This document shows positions 9,408-20,516 of a stretch of 49,795 nt of DNA, in pieces. Where the stretch lies: positions 1 to 49,795 of the forward strand of contig CAZJUB010000014.1 in NCBI GenBank assembly GCA_964549075.1, read 5' to 3'. The DNA comes from an uncultured archaeon. GTDB taxonomy: Archaea > Asgardarchaeota > Heimdallarchaeia > Heimdallarchaeales > Heimdallarchaeaceae. Position numbers and translations under genes: made by a program. Position 1 is the first letter of the stretch. Each line of letters starts with the position of its first letter. Below the pieces are notes generated by a model. The model did not search any database and was not told the origin of the DNA. It saw only the letters and a list, made by a program, of their open reading frames with translations.

Positions 9408-9841
9408 AAGAACTGTCAGAAGATTCTCCTTCACAAAAAGTTTCCAAAGAAGAACTAGATAATTTGATGCTTGCTGCACAACAACTAGAACAACAAGCAA
9501 CAAGATATAATCAGCAAATTGATCTCTTAAATGGATATTATAACGAGATTCATACAGCTGAACAGACCTTAATAAATCTCAAAGAAACCAAGAAAAATCA
9601 GAAGATTTTAGTTCCTATTGGTGCAGGAAACTTCGTTTATGCTTCAATTGAAGATGGTGAAAAAGTTATTACAACAATAGGTGCTGGTGTTCACAATGAA
9701 CGTTCATTACCTGAAGCAATTGAAAATATCAAAGAAAAGAAATCGGAGATTGAAAATCAACTCACTCAGATTAAAGCTAGTTATAATGAAGTTATAGAAC
9801 GTTTAAGAGAGATAGACAGGATTGTTAAATCCGTTATGTAA
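9404..9841 (+). CDS. pfdA: Prefoldin alpha subunit
   Basis: Coiled coils flanking ILVPIGAG..V.A....IGAGV; syntenic. Confidence 0.92.
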   Translation: MKELSEDSPSQKVSKEELDNLMLAAQQLEQQATRYNQQIDLLNGYYNEIHTAEQTLINLKETKKNQKILVPIGAGNFVYASIEDGEKVITTIGAGVHNERSLPEAIENIKEKKSEIENQLTQIKASYNEVIERLREIDRIVKSVM

Positions 9842-9862
9842 AAATGGAGACGTGATATTCTA

Positions 9863-10774
9863 GTGTTCGAGCAACTTAGAAAAGGCGTCTCAAAAGTAGT
9901 TAAGAAGATTACAATTACTGATTTTTCACAAAAATCTATTTTGAAAGCTACAAAAGAACTTCAAGACATTCTTATTCGAAATGAAGTTGCAGTTAGTACA
10001 GCAGAAACAATTCGCAGGAGATTAGCTGAAAAATTATCCCAAACTGAACATGCGCGTTTTACTGGTAGTAAAAATATTATTCTTACTTCTTTGAAGGAAG
10101 TTATTCTGGAGATTTTGACTCCTTTGGAACCTATTGACATTTTAGCTGAAATCGAGAAGTCAAAAGGTAAGAAAACACCATATATAATAGCTTTCTTTGG
10201 AGTAAATGGAGTTGGAAAAACTCTTTCTATTGCTAAATTAGGAAAATTATTCAAAGATAATGGCTTTTCTTGTGTTTTTGCTGCAGGGGATACCTATAGA
10301 GCAGGAAGTATTCAGCAGTTACAAAAGCATGGTGATAACTTAAAAATAAAGGTTATTGCACAAACTTATGGGTCAGATTCAGCAGCGGTAGCTTATGATG
10401 CAATTAATCATGCAGTCGCAAAGGGTATAGATGTTGTTTTAATAGATACCGCAGGTAGAATTGAAACCAGTCCCAATCTCATGTCAGAATTACAGAAGAT
10501 ATGTTCAGTTACTGAACCTGACCTCAAAGTTTTTGTTGGTGATGCTTTAACAGGAAATGCTTTGATATCTCAAGTTACGCTTTTTAACGAAAAAATCGGT
10601 ATTGATTGCAGTATCCTAAACAAAATTGATGCTGATGTAAAAGGTGGTGCAGCTATTTCAGTAACTCACATTAGTCAAAAACCTATTTTGTATATAGGAA
10701 CTGGACAGAAATACGAGGATTTAGAACCTTTTATAGCTAAAACCATCGTTGACAACATAGTACCAGAAAAGTAA
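9863..10774 (+). CDS. ftsY: SRP receptor FtsY
   Basis: GVNGVGKT, DTYRAG, DTAGR, KIDADVKGG, GTGQ.Y.DL. Confidence 0.95.
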   Translation: MFEQLRKGVSKVVKKITITDFSQKSILKATKELQDILIRNEVAVSTAETIRRRLAEKLSQTEHARFTGSKNIILTSLKEVILEILTPLEPIDILAEIEKSKGKKTPYIIAFFGVNGVGKTLSIAKLGKLFKDNGFSCVFAAGDTYRAGSIQQLQKHGDNLKIKVIAQTYGSDSAAVAYDAINHAVAKGIDVVLIDTAGRIETSPNLMSELQKICSVTEPDLKVFVGDALTGNALISQVTLFNEKIGIDCSILNKIDADVKGGAAISVTHISQKPILYIGTGQKYEDLEPFIAKTIVDNIVPEK

Positions 10775-10870
10775 TGGTTCTTTCCTTTTCTAAATAAACT
10801 ATTAGTAAAGATAACTAACATCAAAATAAAATAAAAAATGAAAATGAAAAAGAAAAAAATAGTAGAAGAA

Positions 10871-12157
10871 CTATTTTGGAGTTACAGATCTGACAATACC
10901 GACTGCAACTGTTTGACCCATATCTCTAACAGCAAAACGACCTAATGGTGGAAATTCTGTATATGATTCGATAACCATATCACGAGTTGGGATCATAACT
11001 ACTTCAGCAGCATCTCCGTTTTTAAGGAAATCTGGTTTGTCAACTTTTCCATCTTTAGATGTTTTTGAGAGTAGTTCAGCAAAACGAGTTGCAACCTGTG
11101 CAGTTCCACAGTGGATTACTGGGGTGTATCCCACAGCTATTGCAGATGGATGTCTGATTACCTGAACTGTAGCTTTGAAATCTTTCACTACGGTTGGGGG
11201 TTTTGCTGCATGACCAACAACATCTCCACGTCGTACATCTTTCTTTGCTAAACCTTTACAACTAAAACCTATATTGTCACCAGGAATAGCTTCAGGAATT
11301 GTTTCATGATGCATTTCTATGGACATAACGGCTGCTTTCTTTCCTGTTGGTTGGAAGATAACCTCTTCTTTTGGTTTTAAAATACCAGTTTCAACTCGAC
11401 CTACAGGAACGGTACCAATTCCAGTTATTGTATAGACATCTTGAATAGGTAATCTCAAAGGTTTATCACTTGGTTTAGGTGGTACTTCAAATGTATCCAA
11501 AGCGTCAAGCATTGTAGGACCATCATACCAAGGCATCTTATCTGATTTACTATTAAGATTATCACCTTGCATACCGCTTACTGGTACGAACTTAACTTTG
11601 TTTGCAACATCGAAACCAAATAGTTTAAGGTTTCGTTCCATTTCGTTCTTAATTTCATTAAAACGATCCTGCTTATAATCAGCAAGATCCATTTTATTTA
11701 TTGCTACTACTAATTGATCGACACCTAATGTCTTTGCAAGTAAAGCATGTTCTCTTGTTTGCCCAGTTGTACTAATGCCAGCTTCGAATTCACCAGTACC
11801 TGCACTGATAACTAGGATAGCTGCATCAGCTTGAGAAGTACCAGTGATCATGTTCTTAACAAAGTCACGATGCCCTGGAGCATCAATGATTGTGAAGTAA
11901 TATTTCTTGGTTTCGAATTTATAAAAAGCAAGATCAATGGTTACACCTCTTTCTCTTTCTTCTTTCAGCTTATCAAGAGCCCAAGCAAACTTAAAGCTGC
12001 CTCTACCGATTAATTCAGCATCTTTTTCCCATTTCTGGATATCTCTTTCAGATATACTTCCACAGACATAAAGTAAGTGACCAGTCATAGTAGATTTACC
12101 ATGATCAACGTGACCAATGATTACTAGATTTAAATGAGGTTTCTCTTTTGAACTCAT
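10871..12157 (-). CDS. tuf: Elongation factor 1-alpha
   Basis: [30 protein letters not shown]; true start MSSKEKPH at 12157 after AGGTG. Confidence 0.97.
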   Translation of the reverse strand: MSSKEKPHLNLVIIGHVDHGKSTMTGHLLYVCGSISERDIQKWEKDAELIGRGSFKFAWALDKLKEERERGVTIDLAFYKFETKKYYFTIIDAPGHRDFVKNMITGTSQADAAILVISAGTGEFEAGISTTGQTREHALLAKTLGVDQLVVAINKMDLADYKQDRFNEIKNEMERNLKLFGFDVANKVKFVPVSGMQGDNLNSKSDKMPWYDGPTMLDALDTFEVPPKPSDKPLRLPIQDVYTITGIGTVPVGRVETGILKPKEEVIFQPTGKKAAVMSIEMHHETIPEAIPGDNIGFSCKGLAKKDVRRGDVVGHAAKPPTVVKDFKATVQVIRHPSAIAVGYTPVIHCGTAQVATRFAELLSKTSKDGKVDKPDFLKNGDAAEVVMIPTRDMVIESYTEFPPLGRFAVRDMGQTVAVGIVRSVTPK

Positions 12158-12409
12158 TTTCTTTACACCTTTTTTGATTAAGAGTACTATTATTTTATAT
12201 TGGATGTACTTTAATAACTCCCCTCTGTGGATTATTAAAAGCATTTTGGTCTTGTTGTCTTTGTCAAGAATAGTTTTCTGTAACAAAAATGCATCAAGTA
12301 ATCTGCAGAGAATTACGCTGAAATTTAAAATAATGGAACTTATTTAATAATTTTGAAAAAAATGGAAAATAGAGAAAGAAAAGGAAAGAAAAGAAAGGAA
12401 GGAATTACT

Positions 12410-14689
12410 TTAACTTACATCTTCAACTGGTATAGGAAAGATGTTATTCAATTCCGCAGATAGTTGAGCTATGTTTTCAGGATAAATTACTTCATAAATC
12501 CTTACTAATGGATATCTTCGAATAGTTGAAGGATCACTACTAGACAAACCATAGCTCCTGAACACTTCCTTGAAGTATGTTATTCCATCAGGACCTTTTA
12601 AATCATTTACTGGGAAATTCTTTGCTGATACTAATAAACTAGAAGCACCGCTACTACTGGTTGGAGTCCCTGGTATGCTTGGGTCCCAAGCAAAACCAGT
12701 TTCTTTATCATATGCAGCTAATCGGTATAAAACGGATTGATAGAATAAATCATAGTACATATATTGTGATCCGTCTTCAGAGAGTCCGTAAAAATCATCT
12801 TCTACTATTCCATATCTCGGAACAGTGGATTCAGCTATTCTGATACACCAAAGAGCTTTCCCTAAATCAGAACCAAGACCAGAAAGACCAGCTTGAGAGT
12901 TTATTAGGACGTACTTTACATTATACTTGTACATCATTTTCACTGACTCTGTGAAATTCCACATTAGCATGGTACCTACCATCCCTATCTGCGTTTTATT
13001 TGTTGTAGCATTATCTACGAGCGTCGTAGCGTTCCCGTAGTTCGTAATCCAATAGCCATAATCCCACCAGCTTAGTACAACAGAAGGACTATTCTCAACA
13101 AGTCCTCCACCTTGAACGTTCTCTCTCAACCACAATAATGTCTCTTGCCAATCAGAAGCTGGAACTCCAGTTGTAAAGATAACAGGAGCCATTTCAGCTT
13201 GAGAGTACTTTTCAGCTAATTGAACACTATGAAAAGTAAAAGTAACAAGTAAACCAAATATGACAAGATAAGCGATAGCAGCTTCATCCCTACCAATTGA
13301 TTTAGTAATACGTAGCTTTCTCTTTGTTAAAGCAATTTTTCCGTGAGCGCTCAATGAATAAGTATAAAGAAGCTTGTCAACTGCTATTGCACTCAATAAT
13401 GCAGCAGAAGGTGCTAGTAAAAGTACAAGCCTTACCATTGAACCAGAGAAGTAAATTGTGGTAATTCCCATAGTAAGAATAATTATGTTTACATCAGTTG
13501 GTTTCTTCAAACAATAGTATACACCAAGAGGGATTAAGAACATCATTACGTGAATATTATTGAAAAGCTCAGCCCAAGTCATGGGTTGATGTTCACTTAC
13601 TGAGGAAATAATAGGGATACCCGTTCTTTCACCTGGAAGAATTACTGCCCAGAACTTATCTGCAATATTTGTAAAAATTCCTAGAGATAGAAAGACTGTT
13701 ACGAGTATTGTTAATAGGATAAAAACAGTAATAGAACCTATAACAATCACTTGTTTGAATGTTTTTTCACTTAAATTTCTTGATAGATTTTGCACAAGCC
13801 CAACCAAAATAAGAAAACCAATCATTAAAACAGGTATCATTACTTCTATGTTATAGAATTTATTCAACATTACCCTTGGAATCAGAAATCCCATACTTAA
13901 CGCTGTTACTATAGTAATTGTATAAGCTTTTATCAATCTGTAGGTTAATTTTCGAGTTAATACAAGAAAGAATGCCGCCAAAGGTAAAAGATCTAGAACA
14001 TATCTATAAGCACCCCAACTTCCGATTAACATACCAAGACTTATTCCAGCGAGAAATGAAGCGATGGTTCCACCACGCTTAATTGCCCTAATAAAGAAGT
14101 ACAACGTTAAAACCGTAAATAGAATTCCTATTGATTCATTATCAAAGAACCCCGCCGTACTTCTGGATAGAAAAGCTGGGGAGAATGACATAAAGAATGC
14201 AGTAAAAAGACCTGTCCTTGCACTTACAGCTTCTTTTCCTAAGTAGTATGAAGCAACTATAGTAAAGAATCCATAAACTACGGGACTGAAGAATGCTACT
14301 TGTTGTATTGAAACATGAACTGTAAAGAAATTCAAGATTGAATGTATAACTACAGCACTGACTGGAACACCCCAATATAACTCTTGTCCGGTTTGAAATC
14401 CATATGGAAACCATGAATTATTTTTAAACCAATGTATGAATGCATTGAAACCATTTTCACTTATATATTCTGCACTTACTAATTGTACGTAAGGATCGAA
14501 TGCTTTGATGAGTATATCATAACCTTTCATCAATGAGAATAATCGTATCATAATACCCGCGGCAAGAATAATTAACAAACTAAGTCTACTAAGGAGCACC
14601 TCTCTGTTGAATTCGTAATCTTCAAAGTGATCTACTACTTTTCGCCAGAAACGACTTAAAGCTCCAGAAATTCCTGAATCACTCGACAA
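12410..14689 (-). CDS. aglB: Oligosaccharyltransferase AglB/STT3
   Basis: FDPY, DNE, SVSEH, WWDYG, DNAT; many TM helices. Confidence 0.95.
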   Translation of the reverse strand: MSSDSGISGALSRFWRKVVDHFEDYEFNREVLLSRLSLLIILAAGIMIRLFSLMKGYDILIKAFDPYVQLVSAEYISENGFNAFIHWFKNNSWFPYGFQTGQELYWGVPVSAVVIHSILNFFTVHVSIQQVAFFSPVVYGFFTIVASYYLGKEAVSARTGLFTAFFMSFSPAFLSRSTAGFFDNESIGILFTVLTLYFFIRAIKRGGTIASFLAGISLGMLIGSWGAYRYVLDLLPLAAFFLVLTRKLTYRLIKAYTITIVTALSMGFLIPRVMLNKFYNIEVMIPVLMIGFLILVGLVQNLSRNLSEKTFKQVIVIGSITVFILLTILVTVFLSLGIFTNIADKFWAVILPGERTGIPIISSVSEHQPMTWAELFNNIHVMMFLIPLGVYYCLKKPTDVNIIILTMGITTIYFSGSMVRLVLLLAPSAALLSAIAVDKLLYTYSLSAHGKIALTKRKLRITKSIGRDEAAIAYLVIFGLLVTFTFHSVQLAEKYSQAEMAPVIFTTGVPASDWQETLLWLRENVQGGGLVENSPSVVLSWWDYGYWITNYGNATTLVDNATTNKTQIGMVGTMLMWNFTESVKMMYKYNVKYVLINSQAGLSGLGSDLGKALWCIRIAESTVPRYGIVEDDFYGLSEDGSQYMYYDLFYQSVLYRLAAYDKETGFAWDPSIPGTPTSSSGASSLLVSAKNFPVNDLKGPDGITYFKEVFRSYGLSSSDPSTIRRYPLVRIYEVIYPENIAQLSAELNNIFPIPVEDVS

Positions 14690-14959
14690 TTTTATACACC
14701 ATATGTAATAGTATTATAGCTTAGTATAGTACTTTTTGAACTTGAATAAAGAAATGCGTTTAAAAATATTACTTATGCAAAGTCTTTCTTTAAGAGACTA
14801 TTTTTAATTTTTTACCTTGAAGAACATGAACAGAAACTAGAAAGAAGTCATTAGAATCTTTTTTATATAAAACTTTGAATAAATTATAGTTACAAAATTC
14901 TTGAGAAACCATAGGAACATTAATTAAGTTATTTCTAGCTTAAAGTGAGTTAGATAGCA

Positions 14960-15373
14960 ATGAGATTAGAAAGAAAAATAGCATATGCGTTAGCAAAAGA
15001 GTTGAAAGATATCACTCAAGAAGCAAAATTAGAAGCTTTAGCCGTTTTAACTGCAACCGGTGATAGAGTAGCATTTTATGCAGGAGATAAAAAAGCTAAT
15101 TCAACTGAGTTGTCAGCCATAGGTGCTGCACTTGTTGCTGCCGCTAGGTTAGCACTAGAAAGATTGAATTTTTCACCAATTAATGATGTCATGGTTCGAG
15201 GAAAAAACGGATTCTTGATTCTCAAATCAATTGGGGATTTTCATCTAGTGGGTGGAACCAGTGATATAGAGGAATTCAAAACAGCAATAGCTGTTTTATC
15301 TAATCATGCACCACAAATTGCTGATATATTATCATACGTGCAGATTGATGAAGATGAAATACCTCCTGAATAG
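14960..15373 (+). CDS. Roadblock/LC7 domain protein
   Basis: AVLTATGD..., ELSAIGAALVAAA...LERL..., VMVRGKNG.LIL roadblock pattern. Confidence 0.82.
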   Translation: MRLERKIAYALAKELKDITQEAKLEALAVLTATGDRVAFYAGDKKANSTELSAIGAALVAAARLALERLNFSPINDVMVRGKNGFLILKSIGDFHLVGGTSDIEEFKTAIAVLSNHAPQIADILSYVQIDEDEIPPE

Positions 15374-15387
15374 GAACAGTTACTCAA

Positions 15388-16998
15388 CTAATTTATTTCA
15401 TTAAAATTAATTTTTGATCTTTCCAGATTTTTTAGGTTTACAATGTAAGTTAATCCAGTTGTTGGGTTTATATTCATGCTTTTTTGATAGCTGGTTTGAT
15501 ATTGAAATGTTCCTGAATTCAGTAACAATACGCCCTTATATCTATCATCTCCAGCTATGTGTGTATGTCCTGTATGAAAAATATCTGGAATTCTTGATAT
15601 AATAAGTTCGTCAGTTGGAGTTGGAGCGATAGGTGTTCGTTTTCCATAGATTGGAACTAAATGGCGGTTTTTTAACATCTCTCTCATAGCAGGAATTGAA
15701 GTTTCATGAGGAATTGCAGGTATTGCTGCATTAATGTCAAGTATCGAATTGCCATGATTGAGCATAATTTCCACATTATGTGCTTTCAAATAACAAGGAC
15801 TACCCAAAAGATGTACATTATCTAACTCGAAAAGATTTTGAGCAAATTCCTTTTGTATAGGAGTTTGAGGTTCAGCTGATCTTGCCCCATCATGATTTCC
15901 AGGAATGATAACTATTTCAACATCCTTTCTAATTTGGTCAAAATATTCGGTAGCTAAATGATATTGTAACTGAATATTGTCTAACATTAAATCATCTTTT
16001 TGCCCAGGATATACTCCGATACCATCTACAACATCACCCGCAACAAAAAGATATTTGATCTTTTCTCCTACCTTGTTATATTTTTCATCTTGAAGGGTAC
16101 CATTTATGAGATTTATAGCCTTATGAAAGAGTTTACCAGCAAAATTCTTTGAACCCACATGGATATCTGAAATATGTAAAGCAAGTACCTCTTCATATGA
16201 GTAGTTTGGTTTGTGAGTATAAGGAATATCTGGCCAGAGAACTTCGTTTATATTTAGCAGCTTATTTCTCCAACTACCAACAAAACACAATACTGAATCT
16301 TCTAAAATAAATTGTGAAGATTGAACAAGGTCTGGTTTTGAGACATGAATCAAACTAATTACCGTGCCCTCCAAATCTTCTAACTCAATAATTACATTAC
16401 CTTTTCTTGTGTTTTGGATTTTAGTGACGATAGCGACTAAAGACACATTGTCCCTGTTTTTATTTGGTTCTAAATCGCTTGTTGAAACTCTATTTTTAAT
16501 GTCTCTTCGCTTGGAGAAGTAGGAGTTAATGACTTCAAATCTATTTTTAAAATACTGACGAAAACTTTCTGCTGAAGCAACAGTTTGTGTCACTTTTGGA
16601 GAATAAATAACTTTCAAATCAGAGGAAACTTGTTCTTTTCTTACACTTGTTTGATGTTCTTCTTCTTTAGTCTGTAACGGTTGTTCTTCAATTACAACGT
16701 CATTTTCCACCTCTTCAGAAACTGATGTTTGAGAGATAGTTTCTTTTTTTTCTTGTTCATCAATCTTCATTTTCTCTTTATCAAGCTCATCAATTTCAGC
16801 TGTTACTTCTATATTTTCTTCTTTCTTAATGATGTCCTTGATGTCATCTATCGAAAGAATGAGTTTTGATGTTCCGGAAGAAAGGATTCTATCAATTACA
16901 GAATCAATATCCTCTAAGGAATTAAGAAAAGAAAAGGCTTCAGGTGTAAGCTGATAACCTTCTGCTACTAATTTTCTAAGCTTTTGAGAGGGATTCAT
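15388..16998 (-). CDS. polB: DNA polymerase D small (proofreading) subunit DP1
   Basis: ISDIHVGS, AGDVVDGIGVYPGQ, PGNHD, HG, RHL.P.YG, GHTH. Confidence 0.95.
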   Translation of the reverse strand: MNPSQKLRKLVAEGYQLTPEAFSFLNSLEDIDSVIDRILSSGTSKLILSIDDIKDIIKKEENIEVTAEIDELDKEKMKIDEQEKKETISQTSVSEEVENDVVIEEQPLQTKEEEHQTSVRKEQVSSDLKVIYSPKVTQTVASAESFRQYFKNRFEVINSYFSKRRDIKNRVSTSDLEPNKNRDNVSLVAIVTKIQNTRKGNVIIELEDLEGTVISLIHVSKPDLVQSSQFILEDSVLCFVGSWRNKLLNINEVLWPDIPYTHKPNYSYEEVLALHISDIHVGSKNFAGKLFHKAINLINGTLQDEKYNKVGEKIKYLFVAGDVVDGIGVYPGQKDDLMLDNIQLQYHLATEYFDQIRKDVEIVIIPGNHDGARSAEPQTPIQKEFAQNLFELDNVHLLGSPCYLKAHNVEIMLNHGNSILDINAAIPAIPHETSIPAMREMLKNRHLVPIYGKRTPIAPTPTDELIISRIPDIFHTGHTHIAGDDRYKGVLLLNSGTFQYQTSYQKSMNINPTTGLTYIVNLKNLERSKINFNEIN

Positions 16999-17051
16999 GA
17001 CTAAGCAACATTGTTTATGGTAAAGAAATTTCTTTCAATTTAAGATGGATT

Positions 17052-17128
17052 TGGCGACCCCGACGAGATTCGAACTCGCGACCCCCAACTTAGAAGGCTG
17101 GTGCTCTATCCGACTGAGCTACGGGGTC
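17052..17128 (-). tRNA. tRNA-Arg(TCT), CCA encoded
   Basis: GACCCCG...CGGGGTC-G-CCA; anticodon loop CTTCTAA; TTCGAAT. Confidence 0.96.
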
Positions 17129-17273
17129 ATTGAATGTTATTCTTCTTTGAGACTAATCATATCTTAAATTTTTTGATGATGGGTTCATCACTTTTGTACA
17201 ATTATTGCTAATTGACTATAAGTAATTGATAAAAAATCATATATATCTATATCTTAAAATCCAATTGAAAAGT

Positions 17274-17468
17274 ATGAGTAGAAGAAGTTCTCAAAGAAAA
17301 AAACAAAAACGTGATACAAGTCCTATGCCCGCAACTGGAGCAGGTCTAATGAGATATTATGATGAGGATCTTCCAGGAGTAAAAATAGGTCCCTGGTATG
17401 TGGTTGCTTTTAGTATAATTCTAATCATTGTTGTCATTATTGGTCATTTTCTTTACGTACCGACTTAA
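17274..17468 (+). CDS. secG: Preprotein translocase subunit Sec61beta
   Basis: GAGLMRYYDED..G.KI.P followed by one TM helix; ATG at 17274. Confidence 0.92.
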   Translation: MSRRSSQRKKQKRDTSPMPATGAGLMRYYDEDLPGVKIGPWYVVAFSIILIIVVIIGHFLYVPT

Positions 17469-17492
17469 ACACTCTTTTTATAAAAAAATAGG

Positions 17493-17786
17493 GTGATTAA
17501 TATTAACAATATTCAAAAATTAATGAAAGATCTTTTCTATACAAAAGATAAGGCAAGAGGTAAAGAAAGAACTTTTCTAAAATTAGTTGAAGAAGTTGGA
17601 GAACTATCTGAAGCAATTCTTTTGAACGATGAACATAAAATCACAGAGGAAATTATAGACGTCATAGCTTGGATTTTTAGTATAGCAAATCTTGTGGAGA
17701 TTGATATCGATGAGGTGTTCTTTTTAAAATACAATAATTCATGTCCAAGATGTAAAAACAATCCCTGTACATGCGATTCAATCTGA
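17493..17786 (+). CDS. MazG-like nucleotide pyrophosphohydrolase
   Basis: LVEEVGELSEA, EEI.DV.AW..SIAN, C-terminal CPRC...PC.C. Confidence 0.9.
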   Translation: MININNIQKLMKDLFYTKDKARGKERTFLKLVEEVGELSEAILLNDEHKITEEIIDVIAWIFSIANLVEIDIDEVFFLKYNNSCPRCKNNPCTCDSI

Positions 17787-17882
17787 GTTTGGTATATCTG
17801 GAAATTCTTCTTTGTAATATTACAATATCATCTAAGCTAGGCAGAAAATTTTTGTTGCTTTTTTAACTATTCTAGCAGAGAA

Positions 17883-18122
17883 ATGTATGAAATGAAACAA
17901 ATAGTACTATATACAGCAGAAGATTGCCCATATTGTTATGCTGCTGAGAAAATTCTTAGAAAAGTGCTAGATGAATACAAAGGACTTTTTAATTATAGAA
18001 GCATAAAAGTCAACGCTAAACAGGATCTAAAGATCTCTTCTTTACCAACAATCTTTGTAGGACAAACAAAAATAGTTGGTTTACCTGATAAAGAAGAAAT
18101 TCATTCTGCATTGTTTTCCTAA
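17883..18122 (+). CDS. Glutaredoxin/thioredoxin-like protein
   Basis: CPYC active site; LPTIFV cis-Pro motif. Confidence 0.88.
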   Translation: MYEMKQIVLYTAEDCPYCYAAEKILRKVLDEYKGLFNYRSIKVNAKQDLKISSLPTIFVGQTKIVGLPDKEEIHSALFS

Positions 18123-18157
18123 TGTTTTAAAAGGGTGGGTAGAAATTAGTGGTGGTT

Positions 18158-18409
18158 CTATTTAAAATAAAATTCATATTCCACAATTTCCTTGATAAAA
18201 TCTCCAACTATGCCTTCTAATTTTAAAAGTTTCTTAAGAAATTCATCATATGAAATTGACCCATATGCTCTTAACCATGACTCATATCCTTGCTTAAGCA
18301 CTTTTTTAGCTGAATTATGATTCTTACAATATGCTTCCTTAGAATTTTCTTTCTTCTTCTTACATATTGGACACATTATGGGTGGTTTTTTCGAACTAAT
18401 TTTTATCAT
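18158..18409 (-). CDS. Small zinc-finger protein overlapping the end of topA
   Basis: CPIC...YCKNH; Y..W..AYG.I. Confidence 0.7.
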   Translation of the reverse strand: MIKISSKKPPIMCPICKKKKENSKEAYCKNHNSAKKVLKQGYESWLRAYGSISYDEFLKKLLKLEGIVGDFIKEIVEYEFYFK

Positions 18410-20483
18410 CCTCTTTTTTTGATGGACAATCCGGTGATATACACATCTGATATTTTCTTCGTCCTCTTTGCCATTCTATAATAGGTAAACCGTCATGCGG
18501 ACATGTTTTAGTTGTGGGTTTAACAGTCCCAGTATTTGGTAAGGGGTATGTTGCTGTACATTCTATACGTTTATCAAAATATGCAGAACAAGAGACAAAT
18601 CGTTTCCCTGTTTTCCTTGATTTAATAATTCTCAAATCTCCTGTTTTACATTGCTGACATTTTCCTAAAACTGTAAGTTCTGATTTTTCTGATAAACGCA
18701 GATTTTCGTACAGCATTTTTCCTATCTCTGGTTCTTTTTTATGAAATAATATCAATAAATCTTTCAATTCATTCTTTATGGAAAAAATAGTGGAATTAAT
18801 GTCTGTTTTTTTATTTTGAACATCTTCCATAATATCTTCTAGATTTCTAGTCATTTCAGATTTTACAAGAACTGGATATTGATCTTCTAGAACGTCAACA
18901 ACACCAATTCCTAAAGGTGTGGGAGATATTTCTTTTCCCTCGATATATCCACGATCAAAGAGTGTTTTAATAATTCCTGCTCTAGTAGCCTTTGTACCTA
19001 TTTTTTCTGTTTCCATATACTTTAACAAAGAAGATTCATTAAATCTTGTGGGAGGAGAAGTGAAGTTCTCTTTAGAATCTATGGATGAGAATTTAACATC
19101 AGAATTTAGTTTGACATTTGGAAGAAGCTGTTCAGAAAGAGAGTAATATGGTTTATAATATCTAATCCAACCTTCATCTATAATCTTACTTCCACGAACC
19201 TCAAATTTATGCGTTTTCACAGTAATCTCTATAGTTCCTTTGAGAATTTCAGCTCTTTGACCAAAAACAGAAAGGTAGCGTTTAACTACCAAATCATATA
19301 TCTTTCTTTCAGAAGCTGAAAGTGAATTATCAGGAATATTTCCAGTGGGATGAATTGCTGGATGAGCTGCATCTGAGCGTTGTCCTTCTTTTGGCTTGAA
19401 CTTTTTCTTACCAAGAATTTCATTAGCAAAGATACTGTAATTATTTTGACTACTGAGTTTGGTGAGAATGTTTTTATGACCTAAAGTCATTGGTAGTTTT
19501 TGACTATCTGTTCTAGGATAGGAAATAAGTGCTTTTAGATAAAGATTTTCAGCATATTGCAGAGTTTTACTAGGAGAGAATTTGAAATATCTGAATGCCT
19601 CTCTTTGTAGAGAGCCTAAATCAAATGGAGGAAAGGGATATTGATAAGCTGTTTTTTCAGAAATATCAGTAATTTTACCAATTAAATCACTACAGTCTTT
19701 AACAATCTGTATAGCTTCCTTTTGAGTCTCAATCTTTGGTTTTTCATAAAATGCTTTGAAAGTCTCTTTACCAAGCATCACTTCACTTTCTATAGTCCAA
19801 AATGGAATTGGAAGAAATTTTTTAATCTTGTTTTCCAGCTCCACAACAGTACCTAAAGTAGGTCCTTGAACACGACCAATTGATATAACTTTAAATTGGC
19901 CAGAAGCTTTCTTTATCGCTAAACTTAATGCTCTAGAGTAATTTATTCCATATAACCAGTCAACATAATGACGAATAAGTCCTGAATTTAGAAAACCTAA
20001 GTCAAGGGACTTTTCTCTTTTATCATAAGCTTGGAGAATGTCTTGAACCGTTAAAGTTGAGAATTTCATCCTTTCAGCATCTGTTCTTTCTAAAAGATAT
20101 TTTAGGATCAAATAACCTATTACTTCACCCTCTCGATCGAAATCAGTCATTATAATAACATTCTTTGCTCCTTTTGCAAGAGACTTGAAGGTATCAGTAA
20201 AATTCTTGGTCCTAGCTTTTTTATCTATAGTATGACTTGGTACCCATTCATAATCTAACACTGGATAATTCCATGTTTTACCTATAGAAGAGAGTGTGAA
20301 TAAATGTCCAACTGCAGGTGCAATAACGATATTGTCATTATTTCGTTTGCATACGAAAATAGAGATATTCCTTATTTTCTTAATTGTAGGTTTATTATTT
20401 TCATCTAAGGCATAAGCTAATCTTCGTGCTGCTTGTGGTTTTTCTGCAATACCCAATACATAAGGAGGTTCTATAGAGGACAA
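18396..20483 (-). CDS. topA: DNA topoisomerase IA (archaeal TopA/Topo III)
   Basis: IAEKP, GHL, TDFDREGE, GRVQGPTL, ISYPRTDS, AHPAIHPT, IGTKATR, C-terminal Zn ribbons. Confidence 0.96.
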   Translation of the reverse strand: MSSIEPPYVLGIAEKPQAARRLAYALDENNKPTIKKIRNISIFVCKRNNDNIVIAPAVGHLFTLSSIGKTWNYPVLDYEWVPSHTIDKKARTKNFTDTFKSLAKGAKNVIIMTDFDREGEVIGYLILKYLLERTDAERMKFSTLTVQDILQAYDKREKSLDLGFLNSGLIRHYVDWLYGINYSRALSLAIKKASGQFKVISIGRVQGPTLGTVVELENKIKKFLPIPFWTIESEVMLGKETFKAFYEKPKIETQKEAIQIVKDCSDLIGKITDISEKTAYQYPFPPFDLGSLQREAFRYFKFSPSKTLQYAENLYLKALISYPRTDSQKLPMTLGHKNILTKLSSQNNYSIFANEILGKKKFKPKEGQRSDAAHPAIHPTGNIPDNSLSASERKIYDLVVKRYLSVFGQRAEILKGTIEITVKTHKFEVRGSKIIDEGWIRYYKPYYSLSEQLLPNVKLNSDVKFSSIDSKENFTSPPTRFNESSLLKYMETEKIGTKATRAGIIKTLFDRGYIEGKEISPTPLGIGVVDVLEDQYPVLVKSEMTRNLEDIMEDVQNKKTDINSTIFSIKNELKDLLILFHKKEPEIGKMLYENLRLSEKSELTVLGKCQQCKTGDLRIIKSRKTGKRFVSCSAYFDKRIECTATYPLPNTGTVKPTTKTCPHDGLPIIEWQRGRRKYQMCISPDCPSKKEDDKN

Positions 20484-20516
20484 ACATCTAACACCATAAT
20501 AAATAAACTAAATGGT

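Noticed and set aside
12158-12286. 43-aa N-terminal extension of EF-1alpha in the ORF track
   Set aside because: The conserved start MSSKEKPH at 12157 has its own AGGTG site; the upstream region looks like a leader.
12370-12405. Purine-rich GAAAAG repeats
   Set aside because: Reads as an oligo-U-rich terminator tract for aglB on the minus strand.
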